A stretch of DNA of 64,000 nt from Podarcis filfolensis (taxonomy: Eukaryota), in the NCBI GenBank assembly GCA_964270895.1, contig OZ185436.1; one strand, given 5' to 3'. The notes below the pieces were generated by a model, which saw only the letters and a program-made list of their open reading frames with translations, did no database searches and was not told the origin of the DNA. Position 1 is the first letter of the stretch. Every line of letters begins with the position of its first letter. The position numbers and the translations under genes were made by a program. Below are positions 63,400 through 64,000 of this stretch, one piece after another.

Positions 63400-64000
63400 G
63401 CTGGGTTCCCACTGCTCCGCGGGGAAAGAAATGCACTCTGTATGCTCAGAGGCATTCTTGGAGAGCCTCCTCGTGCTGAGCTCAGGCAGAGGCGGCAGGC
63501 TTTTGAGGCTCAGCCCTGTTCATCCCCGGCTCCCATCCTGAGCTGAGGGAGGGGGCGGGAAGGAGGCGTCTTGGCAGCTCTGCCCACCTGCTCGCCTCAC
63601 CTTCAGAAACGGCCAGCGGCAGCCTGGTGACTGGCTGGATGCTGCGGGGGGAACCGGCGATTTGAGAGCGGGGTTTTTTTCCACCAGCAGGGGCTTAGCC
63701 AAGAGGCGCGCGGCAGCAGCCCGAGGGTGCCTCTCCCCGTGCGCCCCGTCCTGTCCTCGCTCGGCGTCGTTGGATGCAGCCTCTGCAAGGCGGCAGTCCT
63801 CAGCGCGATGGGGGTGGACCGGCGGCAGCGAGCCTCGGCGGCGCTCTCGCTCAGCTGCCTGTCGCTCACCTTCTCCATCACCGCCTTCAGCAGCAGCTAC
63901 TGGTGCGAAGGGACCCGCAAAGTGGCCAAGCCCATGTGCAGCGAGCTCCGAGGGGGCACCCACTGCATCCGCTTCAACACCTCCGGGGGCCCCAACGACA
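63400..64000. promoter_or_regulatory. CpG island / promoter-5' region of GSG1L2
   Basis: Sharp rise in GC and CpG density (e.g. gaggcgcgcggcagcagcccg, cggcggcgctctcgctc) against the AT-rich background, around the ATG. Confidence 0.8.
63808..64000 (+). CDS. GSG1L2: GSG1L2 (GSG1-like 2, claudin/PMP22 superfamily) exon 1, runs off the window end
   Basis: gcgcgATGG; MGVDRRQRASAALSLSCLSLTFSITAFSSSYWCEGTRKVAKPMCSELRGGTHCIRFNTSGGPND has the GSG1-family WCEGTRKV.KP.C motif; position head-to-head with GLP2R matches GSG1L2 rather than GSG1 or GSG1L. Confidence 0.9.
   Translation, partial: MGVDRRQRASAALSLSCLSLTFSITAFSSSYWCEGTRKVAKPMCSELRGGTHCIRFNTSGGPND

Noticed and set aside
63520-63963. Minus-strand 147-aa and 92-aa ORFs over the CpG island
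   Set aside because: Antisense shadows of GSG1L2 exon 1 in GC-rich, stop-poor sequence.

Overview
Vertebrate genomic DNA from a squamate reptile, most likely a lacertid lizard (inferred from a Sauria/POM-type SINE and a Bov-B LINE tail). It carries the syntenic block known from human 17p13. On the + strand are the last 7 coding exons of GAS7 (856-9441), followed by a probably very long 3' UTR. On the - strand is a complete 13-exon GLP2R (ATG 56216 to stop 27619; 1569 nt, 522 aa, all introns GT-AG). GSG1L2 exon 1 starts on the + strand at 63808 in a CpG-rich island, head-to-head with GLP2R. Recoverin (RCVRN), which lies between GAS7 and GLP2R in mammals, is not recognisable here; old CR1 fragments, MITEs and microsatellites occupy the slot. 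Most of the short ORFs in the supplied track are spurious or derived from repeats. I found no convincing novel multi-gene system. The best leads are: (i) an intact but unusual GLP2R, with an ECL1 insertion, loss of a family-conserved ECD Trp, a probable stop-loss tail and an in-frame uORF; (ii) a ~300 bp duplicated cassette carrying AATAAA downstream of GAS7; (iii) the missing RCVRN; (iv) a Tc1/mariner MITE whose interior is an array of palindromes. Exon boundaries were read by eye from splice sites and from recalled homology to the human proteins. Repeat family names are recognitions, not database hits.
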